In this document: positions 1-9,191 of the stretch, one piece after another | How positions within the stretch are numbered: position 1 is the stretch's first letter | Layout of the letters: each line of letters starts with the position of its first letter | Virus record (IMG/VR): IMGVR_UViG_3300032301_000209 | Coordinates: 1 to 36,318 of that record | Direction: 5' to 3' (one strand) | DNA: 36,318 nt | DNA from: a virus | Taxonomy: Duplodnaviria > Caudoviricetes | Position numbers and translations under genes: made by a program | The notes under the pieces: generated by a model | Seen by the model: only the letters and a program-made list of their open reading frames with translations | Database searches by the model: none | Told to the model about the DNA's origin: nothing

Positions 1-24
1 TATTGTTTTATAAATAAATTGTAC

Positions 25-32
25 TATCTTTG
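25..32 (+). promoter_or_regulatory. Bacteroidota primary-sigma -7 promoter element (TAnnTTTG)
   Basis: TATCTTTG in AT-rich non-coding DNA 54 nt upstream of ORF 87; the -33 element would lie at the window edge. Confidence 0.6.
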
Positions 33-86
33 TACGAGAATTAATCAAATTAACGGGAGCCTTGTGCTCCCATAAAATCTAATCAA

Positions 87-332
87 ATGGAAAAAAAATT
101 AAAAGGGTTTGAAGAATTTAGTGATAGGGGAAGATTCACAAGTAGAGAAGCGTATCTTGATAAGAATCCTGATGCAATCCTCCACAATCAATGCACGGAC
201 GTGATTCAGTATGTTGATGGATGTATCATTCAGTCATTGGACTCAGGTTTTTTTATGGTAGATGATAAGTATGGTAGCCGTTCGCTTGATGAGGCGGAGG
301 TGCAGTTATTTAGAAAATATATTAGCAAATAA
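87..332 (+). CDS. hypothetical phage protein (81 aa)
   Basis: ATG preceded by A-rich AATCTAATCAA leader and a promoter motif; co-oriented with the block; no recognisable motif. Confidence 0.7.
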   Translation: MEKKLKGFEEFSDRGRFTSREAYLDKNPDAILHNQCTDVIQYVDGCIIQSLDSGFFMVDDKYGSRSLDEAEVQLFRKYISK

Positions 333-357
333 ATGAACGATGTATGAACATATTCAC

Positions 358-365
358 TATATTTG
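358..365 (+). promoter_or_regulatory. Bacteroidota -7 promoter element (TAnnTTTG)
   Basis: TATATTTG in the intergenic gap 20 nt upstream of ORF 386. Confidence 0.6.
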
Positions 366-385
366 CTCTCAAATTAAATTAAGTT

Positions 386-688
386 ATGAAGCACGATGTA
401 TTCAATCAATACGTAGAAAGGGTTGCCGACCTATTTGGTGTGGCAAAGGAAGATATATTCTCTAAGTCAAAGAAGAGAGAGTATGTAGATGCAAGGCACT
501 TGGTTTACTATCTATGTGCTAAGAGACCAATGCAGATAACGTACATTCAAAAGTATATGAATGATGCGGGGTATAAAATCAAGCACTCCTCTATCATCCA
601 CGGCATCACCTCAGTTGAGCAGAAGATAGCAGAAGACAAGGACTACGTGTCTATTGTCAAGGATGTAGAGAGAGCAGTTTTCATTTAG
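386..688 (+). CDS. DnaA C-terminal (domain IV)-like helix-turn-helix protein
   Basis: Pattern VADLFGV..EDIFSKSKKREYVDARHLVYYL...HSSIIHG resembles Bac_DnaA_C (V...F.i...dl.sk.R...v..R..amYL...HstViH). Confidence 0.75.
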   Translation: MKHDVFNQYVERVADLFGVAKEDIFSKSKKREYVDARHLVYYLCAKRPMQITYIQKYMNDAGYKIKHSSIIHGITSVEQKIAEDKDYVSIVKDVERAVFI

Positions 689-718
689 TCTATTTAATCA
701 ATAATCAAATCAAATCAA

Positions 719-1363
719 ATGGAGAAGAACAAATCAGTCTTTGAAAGACTATCGTCTATCAACGTCAATGAGCACGTTGAGAAGAAAAGCAACCTAACTT
801 ATTTATCTTGGGCTTGGGCTTGGACGGCCACAAAAACAGAATGCCCTGATGCCACGTACAAAATCGGTGAGACCGAGTATGACGAGGCACTTGGATTTAT
901 GTGTCACACGTCAGTTACAATTGAAGGCGAAACACTTGAGATGTGGTTGCCGGTGATGGATGGTGCGAACAAGTCAATGAAGAAGACAGCTTACACTTAT
1001 AGTTCACGCTTTGGTGACAAGACAGTCGAGGCAGCGACAACTTTCGACATTAACAAAACAATTATGCGTTGCTTGGTTAAGAACTTAGCGATGTTTGGGT
1101 TGGGGATTTATATCTATGCCGGTGAGGATTTACCTGAGGGAGAGTCAAACTACAAAACAGAGGCTCCTAAGAAGATTGTTCCGGCAGTAGGTGATGGCTT
1201 GGTAGATTTAAAGAAAGGTACTGAGAATTGGGATGCAGTTGTAAAATACGTAACCACTAACAAGGCTTTAGGTATTGAGAAGATTGGTGCTCAGTTGGTA
1301 CGCAAGTACAAAATTAGTCCGGCTATCAAGAAAGAAATCGCTAACCTTATAAACGCAGAGTAA
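719..1363 (+). CDS. sak: Sak/Rad52-like single-strand annealing protein (DUF1071 type)
   Basis: INVNEHVEKK..LTYLSWAWAW, MWLPVMD and FDINKTIMRCLVKNLAMFGLGIYIYAGEDLP are DUF1071/Sak signatures; adjacent to an exonuclease gene. Confidence 0.9.
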   Translation: MEKNKSVFERLSSINVNEHVEKKSNLTYLSWAWAWTATKTECPDATYKIGETEYDEALGFMCHTSVTIEGETLEMWLPVMDGANKSMKKTAYTYSSRFGDKTVEAATTFDINKTIMRCLVKNLAMFGLGIYIYAGEDLPEGESNYKTEAPKKIVPAVGDGLVDLKKGTENWDAVVKYVTTNKALGIEKIGAQLVRKYKISPAIKKEIANLINAE

Positions 1364-2103
1364 TGGCAGACATAGATGTTATATCAGTACTACGTGATGA
1401 CAACGAGTACTACAATGGTATTGGCAAACAATACCTATCCAATTCAGACATAGGCATATTGCTTAACAATCCTCAAGACTTCGGTAAGACTCGGGAAGAT
1501 AACAAAGCATTTATGGATGGCAGATACTTTCACCAATTAATATTGGAGCCTGAGAAGGCGAAGGTTGTGCCATTCGTAGATGTGAGCACACGTAATACCA
1601 AAGAGTATAAAACATTCTGCGAAGATTACAACTTACCTTTTTGTATGCTCAGAAAGGAGCAAGAAGAAATTCAAAACCTTGTGAACATTATCAATGGGAA
1701 CATTGCGTTCTATGATGAGATTTACAAGGCCGGTAATCAGTACGAGACTCCGGCAGTTGCTGAGATTCAAGGTATGATGTGGAAAGGAAAGGCTGACATT
1801 GTCACTGACAATGCGGTGATTGACCTTAAGACTACAAGTGATATTCATAAGTTCAAATATACTGCGAAGCAGTACAATTATGATAGTCAGTGCTACATTT
1901 ATCAGGAACTATTTGGTAAGCCATTGGTGTTCTATGTGATTGATAAAGGTACCGGAGTTTTAGGTATCTTTAGGCCAACGGATGACTTTGTAAAAGGTGG
2001 CGAAGCTAAAGTAGGTAAGGCGATTGAGGTGTATAATAAATACTTTAGCGCTAAGCCATCAGATGATATAGTGAACTATTACATTGACGAGTATTTATTA
2101 TAG
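1363..2103 (+). CDS. PD-(D/E)XK exonuclease (RecE/exonuclease VIII-like, DUF3799 type)
   Basis: LSNSDI, G.YFH..ILEP, KGKADIV, IDLKTT and Y.YDSQ.YIY motifs; TAATG coupling to the annealase. Confidence 0.8.
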   Translation: MADIDVISVLRDDNEYYNGIGKQYLSNSDIGILLNNPQDFGKTREDNKAFMDGRYFHQLILEPEKAKVVPFVDVSTRNTKEYKTFCEDYNLPFCMLRKEQEEIQNLVNIINGNIAFYDEIYKAGNQYETPAVAEIQGMMWKGKADIVTDNAVIDLKTTSDIHKFKYTAKQYNYDSQCYIYQELFGKPLVFYVIDKGTGVLGIFRPTDDFVKGGEAKVGKAIEVYNKYFSAKPSDDIVNYYIDEYLL

Positions 2104-2118
2104 TGTCTTCAAAGACAC
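2103..2118. repeat. 16-bp palindromic element, copy 1 (GTGTCTTCAAAGACAC)
   Basis: Read directly; begins at the exonuclease stop codon; A/T flanks extend the symmetry. Confidence 0.9.
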
Positions 2119-2200
2119 TCAAGATAAACTAATTATTAGCTTAGCCTCAGAGGTTAGTGATTGGTATAAATAGACTGAGGCAAAAAATAAATTTAGAACG

Positions 2201-2512
2201 ATGGCAAACGAAGAAAAAATCTTTGCAGACGGATTCTCATTCAAGAGAAACGAAAATGCACCTGACTTTGTAGTTGGGAGATTATCAATGAAAGTAGATG
2301 AAGCGGTAGCGTTCATCAGACAGCACGAGAAAGGTGGATGGGTAAACCTAAACATTAAGACTGCACGTAGTGGCAATCATTATGTTGAGTTGGATACCTA
2401 CGAGCCGACTGCTCAGAGTGGTATGAAACCACAATCAGAGAAGGCTACTACTCCTAAGCAAAAGGCACCTAAACCTGAGGTGGCTGATGAAGAAGAGGGA
2501 CTTCCCTTTTAG
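2201..2512 (+). CDS. putative single-stranded DNA-binding protein
   Basis: Small beta-rich domain, low-complexity linker and acidic tail DEEEGLPF like SSB C-termini; follows annealase and exonuclease. Confidence 0.65.
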   Translation: MANEEKIFADGFSFKRNENAPDFVVGRLSMKVDEAVAFIRQHEKGGWVNLNIKTARSGNHYVELDTYEPTAQSGMKPQSEKATTPKQKAPKPEVADEEEGLPF

Positions 2513-2539
2513 AATTGGCACCCATTAGAAACAAAGATT

Positions 2540-2566
2540 GGGGGAGTGAAAACTTCCCCTTTTTTT
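2540..2566 (+). terminator. rho-independent terminator
   Basis: GGGGGAGT-GAAA-ACTTCCCC stem (one G-U pair, GNRA loop) followed by T7. Confidence 0.85.
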
Positions 2567-2579
2567 ACCTCTAATGCGT

Positions 2580-2738
2580 GACGAAAATGTCGATATATTT
2601 TTCCTATATTCTCTATATGTGTTTTTCTATTCTTCTTATTTTTTTTAATTATATTTTGAATAAAAAATTGACATTATCGACATTAGTATTAATAATCAGA
2701 TAGTTAGATACTTAAAACCGACATAAAACCGACATATA
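2580..2738. other. candidate replication origin or regulatory region
   Basis: Very AT-rich core flanked by a 10-bp inverted repeat (2586-2595/2675-2684) and an 11-bp tandem repeat (2713-2734), directly upstream of the primase-helicase. Confidence 0.5.
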
Positions 2739-5162
2739 ATGGTACATAATGTGACGATATTCCAAAATATTAGAGATACTGACACGCCATTCTTCCGAGA
2801 TGTACACGTTATACTCGAGAGAATAAAGGACGGAGCCGGTGCTACTAAGGATTTGGTAAAGAAAATACGCTTAGAGAAGCGTAAGCCTGAGAGACAGGAA
2901 CTAAAAAAGCAATTGCCGGCAATATGTTTCAGTGGTACATTCAATAAAAGAACAGATGTATCACTGCTTGAGCATTCAGGATTGATATGTTTGGACTTCG
3001 ATGGCTACACTAAGATGAAAGAGTTGTTGCAAGACAAAGAGAATTTATCAAAGAACAAGTATGTGTTCTCTGTATTCATTTCCCCTTCGGGTAATGGGCT
3101 GAAAGTTTTGGTGAAGATTCCGGCAGATGCAGAGAACCATACAATGTACTTTAATTCGTTAGAAAAGTACTTTAATTCGCCTTATTTCGACAAGACGAGC
3201 AAGAACCTTAGCCGAGTTTGTTACGAGTCATATGACCCTCTAATTGCGATTAATGAGAATAGTAGTATTTGGGATGTGATTGAGGAGCCTGAGTACACTG
3301 AGGTAAGTAAGACAAGAGACAAGGCAACCATTCCTATCACGGATGAGAATAAAATTGTGGAGATACTTGTAAAGTGGTGGGAGAAAAAATATCCTATGCA
3401 AGAGGGACAACGTAATCAGAATGCGTATGTGCTTGCAATGGCGTTCAATGACTTCGGTATCAACAAGAGCCTTGCATCTTATGTGCTTAATCAGTTTGCA
3501 ACTGACGACTTTACACTTAGAGAGATTGCAACCACTATTGACTCAGCATATAAACACACTGCGAACTTCGGCACTAAGTACTACGAGGATGAGGAGCGTA
3601 TCAATACCATTAAAGCAAAGTTAAGGAGAGGTGTATCAAAAAAAGAGATTCGCATCCAACTGCAAGACTCCAATTTGGACAGCGAGACTATCGACTCGGT
3701 GCTTAATAAGGTTGAGGAAGAGAATGCAATGCAAACCTTTTGGGACAGAAACGATAGAGGAGTTATAAAGATTGTGCACGTACAATTCAAACAATTCTTA
3801 GAAGACAACGGATTCTACAAGTACTGCCCTGAGGGTGGTAAGAATTATATATTCGTAAAGGTTACCAATAACTTGATTGACCACACGAGTGAGAAAGAGA
3901 TTAAGGACTTCGTGCTTACGCACTTGTTGGAGTTAGATGACATTGCGGTGTACAATTACTTCGCTGATAATACGAGATTCTTCAAAGAAGAGTTTTTGTC
4001 AATGCTATCAACGATTGAGATTTACTTTATTGCTGATACCAAGGATGCCTCATACTTGTACTATAAGAATTGTGCTGTGAAGATTAGTAAGGATGGGATA
4101 ACAACGCTCGACTACTTGGACTTAGGAGGATACGTGTGGAAAGACCACGTGATTGATAGGAACTTTAATATCTGTGATGTCACCGGAAAGTGTGACTTCA
4201 AAAGATTTGTGAGCAATATCAATGGTGGAGACGAGCAGAGAGTTAAGTCTATGGAGAGTACGCTTGGATTCCTAATGCACGGATACAAGAACCTATCATT
4301 TTGTCCGGCTGTGATTCTGAATGACGAGGTGATTAGCGACAACCCTGAGGGTGGAACAGGTAAGGGATTGCTTATGAATGCACTTAGTAAGATGAAAAAA
4401 TTAGTTGTGATTGATGGTAAATCATTTGCTTTCGAGCGTAGCTTCGCTTATCAGTTGGTGTCAGCAGATACGCAGATACTATGCTTCGATGATGTAAGGA
4501 AACACTTTGACTTTGAGCGTTTGTTCTCAGTGGTTACTGAGGGTCTAACACTCGAGAAGAAAAACAAGGACGCAATAAAGATTCCATTTAGTCGTTCTCC
4601 TAAGATAGCTATCACTACGAACTATGCTATCAAGGGTGCCGGTAATTCATTTGCGAGAAGAAAGTGGGAGTTGGAGCTTCATCAGTATTATACTAAAGAA
4701 TTTACGCCACTTGATGAGTTTGGTAAGTTGATGTTTGGAGATTGGAACGATGAGGATTGGTGTGAGTTTGACAACTATATGATTGGATGTTTGACTACCT
4801 ACATTAAGATTGGACTTGTCAAGAGTAAGTTCGTGAACCTTAAGATTCGTCAGTTGTCAGCAGAGACTTGCCACGAGTTTATTGAGTGGTGTGGGCTTGT
4901 AGACACACATCATAACAGAGAGGTAATGTTGCAACCGGACATAAGGCTTTATAAGAACGAGTTATATGCTAACTTTGTTGATGAATATCCTGACTATGGG
5001 CCTCGAGGTAGGATGAGTATAAGTAGAACAAAGTTCTATAAATGGCTTATTGCTTATGGTATTTACAAGGAAGGAGTGATGCCACAAGAGGATAGAGACC
5101 AACAAGGTAGATGGATAATTATTAAAAGTAAACCTGAGGGACTTGAAGAAGCACCCTTTTAA
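2739..5162 (+). CDS. primase-helicase: BT4734/VirE-N-like AEP domain, PriCT domain and SF3-type helicase
   Basis: LPAICFSG, SGLICLDFD, SPSGNGLK (AEP); EGQRNQNAYVLA (PriCT-1-like); Walker A GGTGKG, Walker B ILCFDD, motif C ITTN. Confidence 0.88.
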   Translation: MVHNVTIFQNIRDTDTPFFRDVHVILERIKDGAGATKDLVKKIRLEKRKPERQELKKQLPAICFSGTFNKRTDVSLLEHSGLICLDFDGYTKMKELLQDKENLSKNKYVFSVFISPSGNGLKVLVKIPADAENHTMYFNSLEKYFNSPYFDKTSKNLSRVCYESYDPLIAINENSSIWDVIEEPEYTEVSKTRDKATIPITDENKIVEILVKWWEKKYPMQEGQRNQNAYVLAMAFNDFGINKSLASYVLNQFATDDFTLREIATTIDSAYKHTANFGTKYYEDEERINTIKAKLRRGVSKKEIRIQLQDSNLDSETIDSVLNKVEEENAMQTFWDRNDRGVIKIVHVQFKQFLEDNGFYKYCPEGGKNYIFVKVTNNLIDHTSEKEIKDFVLTHLLELDDIAVYNYFADNTRFFKEEFLSMLSTIEIYFIADTKDASYLYYKNCAVKISKDGITTLDYLDLGGYVWKDHVIDRNFNICDVTGKCDFKRFVSNINGGDEQRVKSMESTLGFLMHGYKNLSFCPAVILNDEVISDNPEGGTGKGLLMNALSKMKKLVVIDGKSFAFERSFAYQLVSADTQILCFDDVRKHFDFERLFSVVTEGLTLEKKNKDAIKIPFSRSPKIAITTNYAIKGAGNSFARRKWELELHQYYTKEFTPLDEFGKLMFGDWNDEDWCEFDNYMIGCLTTYIKIGLVKSKFVNLKIRQLSAETCHEFIEWCGLVDTHHNREVMLQPDIRLYKNELYANFVDEYPDYGPRGRMSISRTKFYKWLIAYGIYKEGVMPQEDRDQQGRWIIIKSKPEGLEEAPF

Positions 5163-5171
5163 AATTAAAAT

Positions 5172-5792
5172 ATGAAATTAAATTCAAGCATACCAAGTTT
5201 TAAAGCAATGGTAAAGAAATCTTACTTTACTAAAGATGAGAAAGATAGCAATGAATACTACAATGTTTATGTTTTTGGTATTCAATCTTGCGGGGGTAAG
5301 ATACTTACGTTTCACATTATGACTGATTCGGGAATGCTAAGGAGCAGAGTACCGCTATCAGAGATATATACCAAGATACCAACCAATGATATACCATTTA
5401 ACTATAAGCAGTTATGGGATTGTTTTAGCGAGAACGTGGCCGTTATTGAATACGACTTCTTAGCGTTTCATAGAGCTCAAGTTGTGCTAAGAGATAGCAC
5501 CAAGGTATGGGCTACCTATATTATGACGGTGGATTGGTTTAACAATCCTTATAGCGATGAGCCGTCTGACTATAAATGTGGACATATATTAGAAGCAGAT
5601 GACGGATACCTACTTTGTATGCCTAACAATAGAATCTTTTGGAAAGACTCTAATTTTGTGACAAAGCAATTACCTGAAGATTTAAAGCAGTTTAAGGTAG
5701 ATACCGAACTTCATTCTGTAGAAAATCAATCAGACAGATGAGTGGCAGAAGATACCAATTCATTTTATTACGACATAATACAAAGTAAATGA
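5172..5792 (+). CDS. conserved phage hypothetical protein with in-frame TGA at 5739-5741 (truncated form ends at 5741)
   Basis: QLWDCFS, TVDW, KCGHILE, PNNRI.W motifs recalled from aquatic phage proteins; frame stays open 16 codons past the TGA to a second TGA (5790-5792) overlapping the next ATG. Confidence 0.7.
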
Positions 5793-6124
5793 CACAAGAA
5801 CAAACAATTCACGTAGGAGTAATCAATTCATTCAATTTAATTACTGAAAGAAATAGTTTTGAGGAGATAGTTGAATCAGACCTGAGTCTATTTGCTCACA
5901 ACCCTAATGAAGACCCATCGATTGATGTAATAAACTTTTTGATAGATTACTTTAAATCGTATGAGATGTTTGAAAATTGTGTAGAGTTGATGAACTATCT
6001 TGGTGATAACTATGATGACAATGGCGTGTTTATATATAAAGAGTGTGAATGTCAGTTGCCAATAATAACAGAGTATAGCGACAAGATGTTTTGTGGTGAA
6101 TGCGGTAAACGATTAAAGAAATGA
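5789..6124 (+). CDS. hypothetical protein with C-terminal Cys cluster (possible Zn ribbon)
   Basis: CEC...CGECGK at the C-terminus; ATGA overlap with the downstream gene. Confidence 0.7.
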   Translation: MTQEQTIHVGVINSFNLITERNSFEEIVESDLSLFAHNPNEDPSIDVINFLIDYFKSYEMFENCVELMNYLGDNYDDNGVFIYKECECQLPIITEYSDKMFCGECGKRLKK

Positions 6125-7581
6125 CAGCCATAATAGAGAGGACGTCAGGCTATACCAATAAATCAATGTGGAACTATTGCGAAGCGCTCAAGCGTGTGAT
6201 AATGCAGAAGACAGAAGTTAAGGTTGGAAGAGACAAGAGTATTGAGACACTTGATATATACAAATACAAGAACAATGCTGAGACTGTTGAGAAAATTATT
6301 AATAGCTGTCAGTATTATAAAAAATTACACGAGATGGAAAGTGAGCAAGGGTTTAACTATAGAGACTATCAGGTAGAGATTATCGAGAAGGGTCAGCATA
6401 TTCTTTCAAAGTATGGCTTCTTGTATTTGGCAATGGAGGTTCGTACCGGCAAGACCCTGACAAGTCTTGGTATAGCCGAGCGTGTGCACGCAAAGAATAT
6501 ACTATTCATTACAAAGAAAAAGGCGCTGAGCAGTATATCAGACGACTACTCAACACTTAGTCCTTCTTATAATATGCAAGTAATCAACTACGAAAGCCTA
6601 CACACTGTAATGGATGAGCAGAGATGGGACTTGATTATTTGTGACGAGGCGCACGGGATGGGTGCATTCCCAAAACCAAGTAATCGAGCAGAGTTGGTTT
6701 CAGATGTTATAAGAAGATGTAAGCCAATGGTAATCTTGCTGTCAGGAACACCAACACCTGAGTCGTACTCGCAGATGTATCATCAGGTCTATGCCATACC
6801 AAACAATCCATTCAAGGAGTTTAAAAACTTCTACCGATTCTGCGATAAGTATGTAGCAGTCAAGCAGCGCAAGATTAATGGGCTACTTGTAAAAGATTAT
6901 AGTGGCGGATTAGAGACCATCATTAAAGAGATGGAGCCGTACACTATTAACTACACACAGCAGGAGGCAGGATTTATGACCGAGACCACAGAAGAAATAC
7001 TTGAGGTAGAGATGAAGGAATCTACCTATAAACTTATTAAAAAGTTAAAGAAGGATTTGGTTGTAGAAGGAAAAGAAGAATTAATTTTAGCAGATACTCC
7101 GGTTAAATTAATGATGAAAGTGCATCAGTTGTGCTCAGGAACGATTAAGTTTGAGAGCGGAAACTCAATGATAATAGACCTTAGCAAGGCTGAGTTCATC
7201 AAAGAGCAGTTTGATGGGTGCAAGATTGGAATCTTCTATAAGTTTAAAGAGGAGTATAATGCACTCAAGCAAGTGTTTGGAGATGACTTAACTTCTGAGT
7301 TAAGTGTCTTTGAAGACACCGGTAAATCTATAGCTTTACAAATCGTATCCGGACGTGAAGGTATCTCTTTACAAAAAGCCGAGTACTTGGTTTACTATAA
7401 TATAGACTTCAGTGCTACAAGTTATTGGCAGAGCAAAGACCGGATGACCACAAAGGAACGCCTCGAGAATCAAGTGTATTGGATTTTTGCCAAGGATGGT
7501 ATTGAATATGACATATATAAGGCTGTCACAAAAAAGAAAGATTATACTTTAAAACATTTTAATAACACATTCTCACAATAA
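6121..7581 (+). CDS. superfamily 2 (SNF2-like) DExH helicase
   Basis: RDYQ (Q motif), EVRTGKT (I), ICDEAH (II), LSGTP (III), SGREGISLQ (V), WQSKDR (degenerate VI). Confidence 0.88.
   Translation: MTAIIERTSGYTNKSMWNYCEALKRVIMQKTEVKVGRDKSIETLDIYKYKNNAETVEKIINSCQYYKKLHEMESEQGFNYRDYQVEIIEKGQHILSKYGFLYLAMEVRTGKTLTSLGIAERVHAKNILFITKKKALSSISDDYSTLSPSYNMQVINYESLHTVMDEQRWDLIICDEAHGMGAFPKPSNRAELVSDVIRRCKPMVILLSGTPTPESYSQMYHQVYAIPNNPFKEFKNFYRFCDKYVAVKQRKINGLLVKDYSGGLETIIKEMEPYTINYTQQEAGFMTETTEEILEVEMKESTYKLIKKLKKDLVVEGKEELILADTPVKLMMKVHQLCSGTIKFESGNSMIIDLSKAEFIKEQFDGCKIGIFYKFKEEYNALKQVFGDDLTSELSVFEDTGKSIALQIVSGREGISLQKAEYLVYYNIDFSATSYWQSKDRMTTKERLENQVYWIFAKDGIEYDIYKAVTKKKDYTLKHFNNTFSQ
7304..7319. repeat. 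16-bp palindromic element, copy 2 (GTGTCTTTGAAGACAC)
   Basis: Inside the helicase CDS; exact reverse complement of copy 1. Confidence 0.9.
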
Positions 7582-7585
7582 ATAC

Positions 7586-7593
7586 TAATTTTG
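7586..7593 (+). promoter_or_regulatory. Bacteroidota -7 promoter element (TAnnTTTG)
   Basis: TAATTTTG in a 16-nt intergenic gap, 4 nt before ATG 7598. Confidence 0.5.
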
Positions 7594-7597
7594 TAAT

Positions 7598-8569
7598 ATG
7601 AAAACAAAACAACAATTGGCGGCAGAATACTTAGAAAAATTCCCGTCCATTAGTAAAAATTCCATTGCAGCTAAACTTTATAATGATTATGACCAAGTAT
7701 TTAATTCAGTTGAAACTGCAAGGACTTCGATAAGAATGGTTTCAGGAGCTTGTGGTATAAAGTCAAGTAAAAAAATAAATATTACACACACACCTGAGTT
7801 GCCTCCTTCTATTATGAAAAACAGGGAGTTTGTAGATTTGCCAATTAGTAGCAATAAGATTTTATGGTTAAGCGATATTCATATTCCTAATCAAGATAAT
7901 GATGCGCTTAAATTAGCAATTGAGTATGGGGTTAAGAATAAAATAAATTGTATCGTATTAGGAGGAGACTTGTTGGACAATACGCCTTTTACTAATCACG
8001 ATGCGCCACCTCCGTCTGCAAATGATGTGATAGATTGGTTTGAGTATTGTCAAATATTTTTAAGCCACTTAAGAACTAAATTTCCTAAGGCGCACATAGT
8101 TTGGATAGAAGGTAATCACGACAATTGGTATGTTAGATATTTAATGAAAAAAGCGCCAATGCTTTTTAATGATGAATACTACAGACTACCACAAAGACTT
8201 GACCTTAAAAAATATAATGTAGACTTTTATGAACAGCACATTGTAGTTCGTGCGGGTAAGTTGCATATGCTACACGGTCACACAATTGTACGTGGTTTTA
8301 TGGCACCGGTAAATGCTGCACGTGGAGTATTTATGAGAGCAAAGAGTTCAATGATTATAGGACACGTTCACTCTACCTCAAATCACTCAGAGACCAATAT
8401 AAAAGAAGAGCCTATATCTTGTTGGAGCACCGGATGTCTTTGCACACTTGCTCCTGATTATGACCCTCATAATACAAAACATAATGTAGGATTTGCGCAT
8501 ATATTAGTTGAGCAGAATGGAGAATTTGAAGTAATTAATAAAAGAATAATCAATAACAAAATACACTAA
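7598..8569 (+). CDS. calcineurin-like metallophosphoesterase with N-terminal helical extension
   Basis: All five motifs present: SDIH, GGDLLD, GNHD, HGH, GHVH. Confidence 0.9.
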   Translation: MKTKQQLAAEYLEKFPSISKNSIAAKLYNDYDQVFNSVETARTSIRMVSGACGIKSSKKINITHTPELPPSIMKNREFVDLPISSNKILWLSDIHIPNQDNDALKLAIEYGVKNKINCIVLGGDLLDNTPFTNHDAPPPSANDVIDWFEYCQIFLSHLRTKFPKAHIVWIEGNHDNWYVRYLMKKAPMLFNDEYYRLPQRLDLKKYNVDFYEQHIVVRAGKLHMLHGHTIVRGFMAPVNAARGVFMRAKSSMIIGHVHSTSNHSETNIKEEPISCWSTGCLCTLAPDYDPHNTKHNVGFAHILVEQNGEFEVINKRIINNKIH

Positions 8570-8575
8570 TTTGAT

Positions 8576-8767
8576 ATGAAACAACCAAAGAATTGGAACA
8601 AAATGAATTTATCTCAACAAGAAAGTTGGCTTATAAAAAAGTTACAGGAAGTATATGAATTAGAAAAAGCTATAAAAAAGGATTTAGCAACAGTACGTGG
8701 TGGACAAATAATAAAAATAAATGACGAGATTGACAGACCTGATGAAATAATGCTTAAAGATGCTTAA
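8576..8767 (+). CDS. hypothetical protein (63 aa)
   Basis: Fills the gap between neighbours, overlaps the next start; helical character. Confidence 0.65.
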   Translation: MKQPKNWNKMNLSQQESWLIKKLQEVYELEKAIKKDLATVRGGQIIKINDEIDRPDEIMLKDA

Positions 8768-9191
8768 AGCTAAAAAAATATTCAGTTTTGGTAAAGTTAT
8801 CAATGATGACCTATACCATCGTGTTCAGTTAATGGACAAGAATATTTTTTCAGGATGTGATGATGAGTTTAAACAGAATCGTGAGTGGTGGGTATTCTTA
8901 GACGACAAGGGAAGCATTGGAGCTTATTGTGGTTCTATATACTCAGAAGGTATTTGCATATTTATCAGGGGTTGGGTTAAGAAATCTTATAGAGGTAAAG
9001 GCATACAAAAAAAATTAATAAGTACAAGATTAAGGGCAGCAAGTAAAAACAATTGCTATATAGCTATAACTTATACCACTCCAAATAACTACCCAAGTGT
9101 AAATAACTTGATAGGAAAAGGATTTAAGTTATATTTCCCTGAGTATGCTTATGGGGGTAAAGAGATGCTGTATTGGTCAAAAAAAGTATAG
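8760..9191 (+). CDS. GNAT-family acetyltransferase
   Basis: Acetyl-CoA motif A V...YRGKGIQ..L and motif B NYPSVNNL...GF. Confidence 0.88.
   Translation: MLKAKKIFSFGKVINDDLYHRVQLMDKNIFSGCDDEFKQNREWWVFLDDKGSIGAYCGSIYSEGICIFIRGWVKKSYRGKGIQKKLISTRLRAASKNNCYIAITYTTPNNYPSVNNLIGKGFKLYFPEYAYGGKEMLYWSKKV

Noticed and set aside
55-71. GGGAGC/GCTCCC hairpin as a terminator
   Set aside because: No U tract on either strand; more likely a 5' UTR hairpin of ORF 87.
1633-4342. Short - strand ORFs (1633, 2119, 2696, 3581, 4112) and nested ORF 3421-3624
   Set aside because: They overlap well-supported genes and have shadow-like composition.
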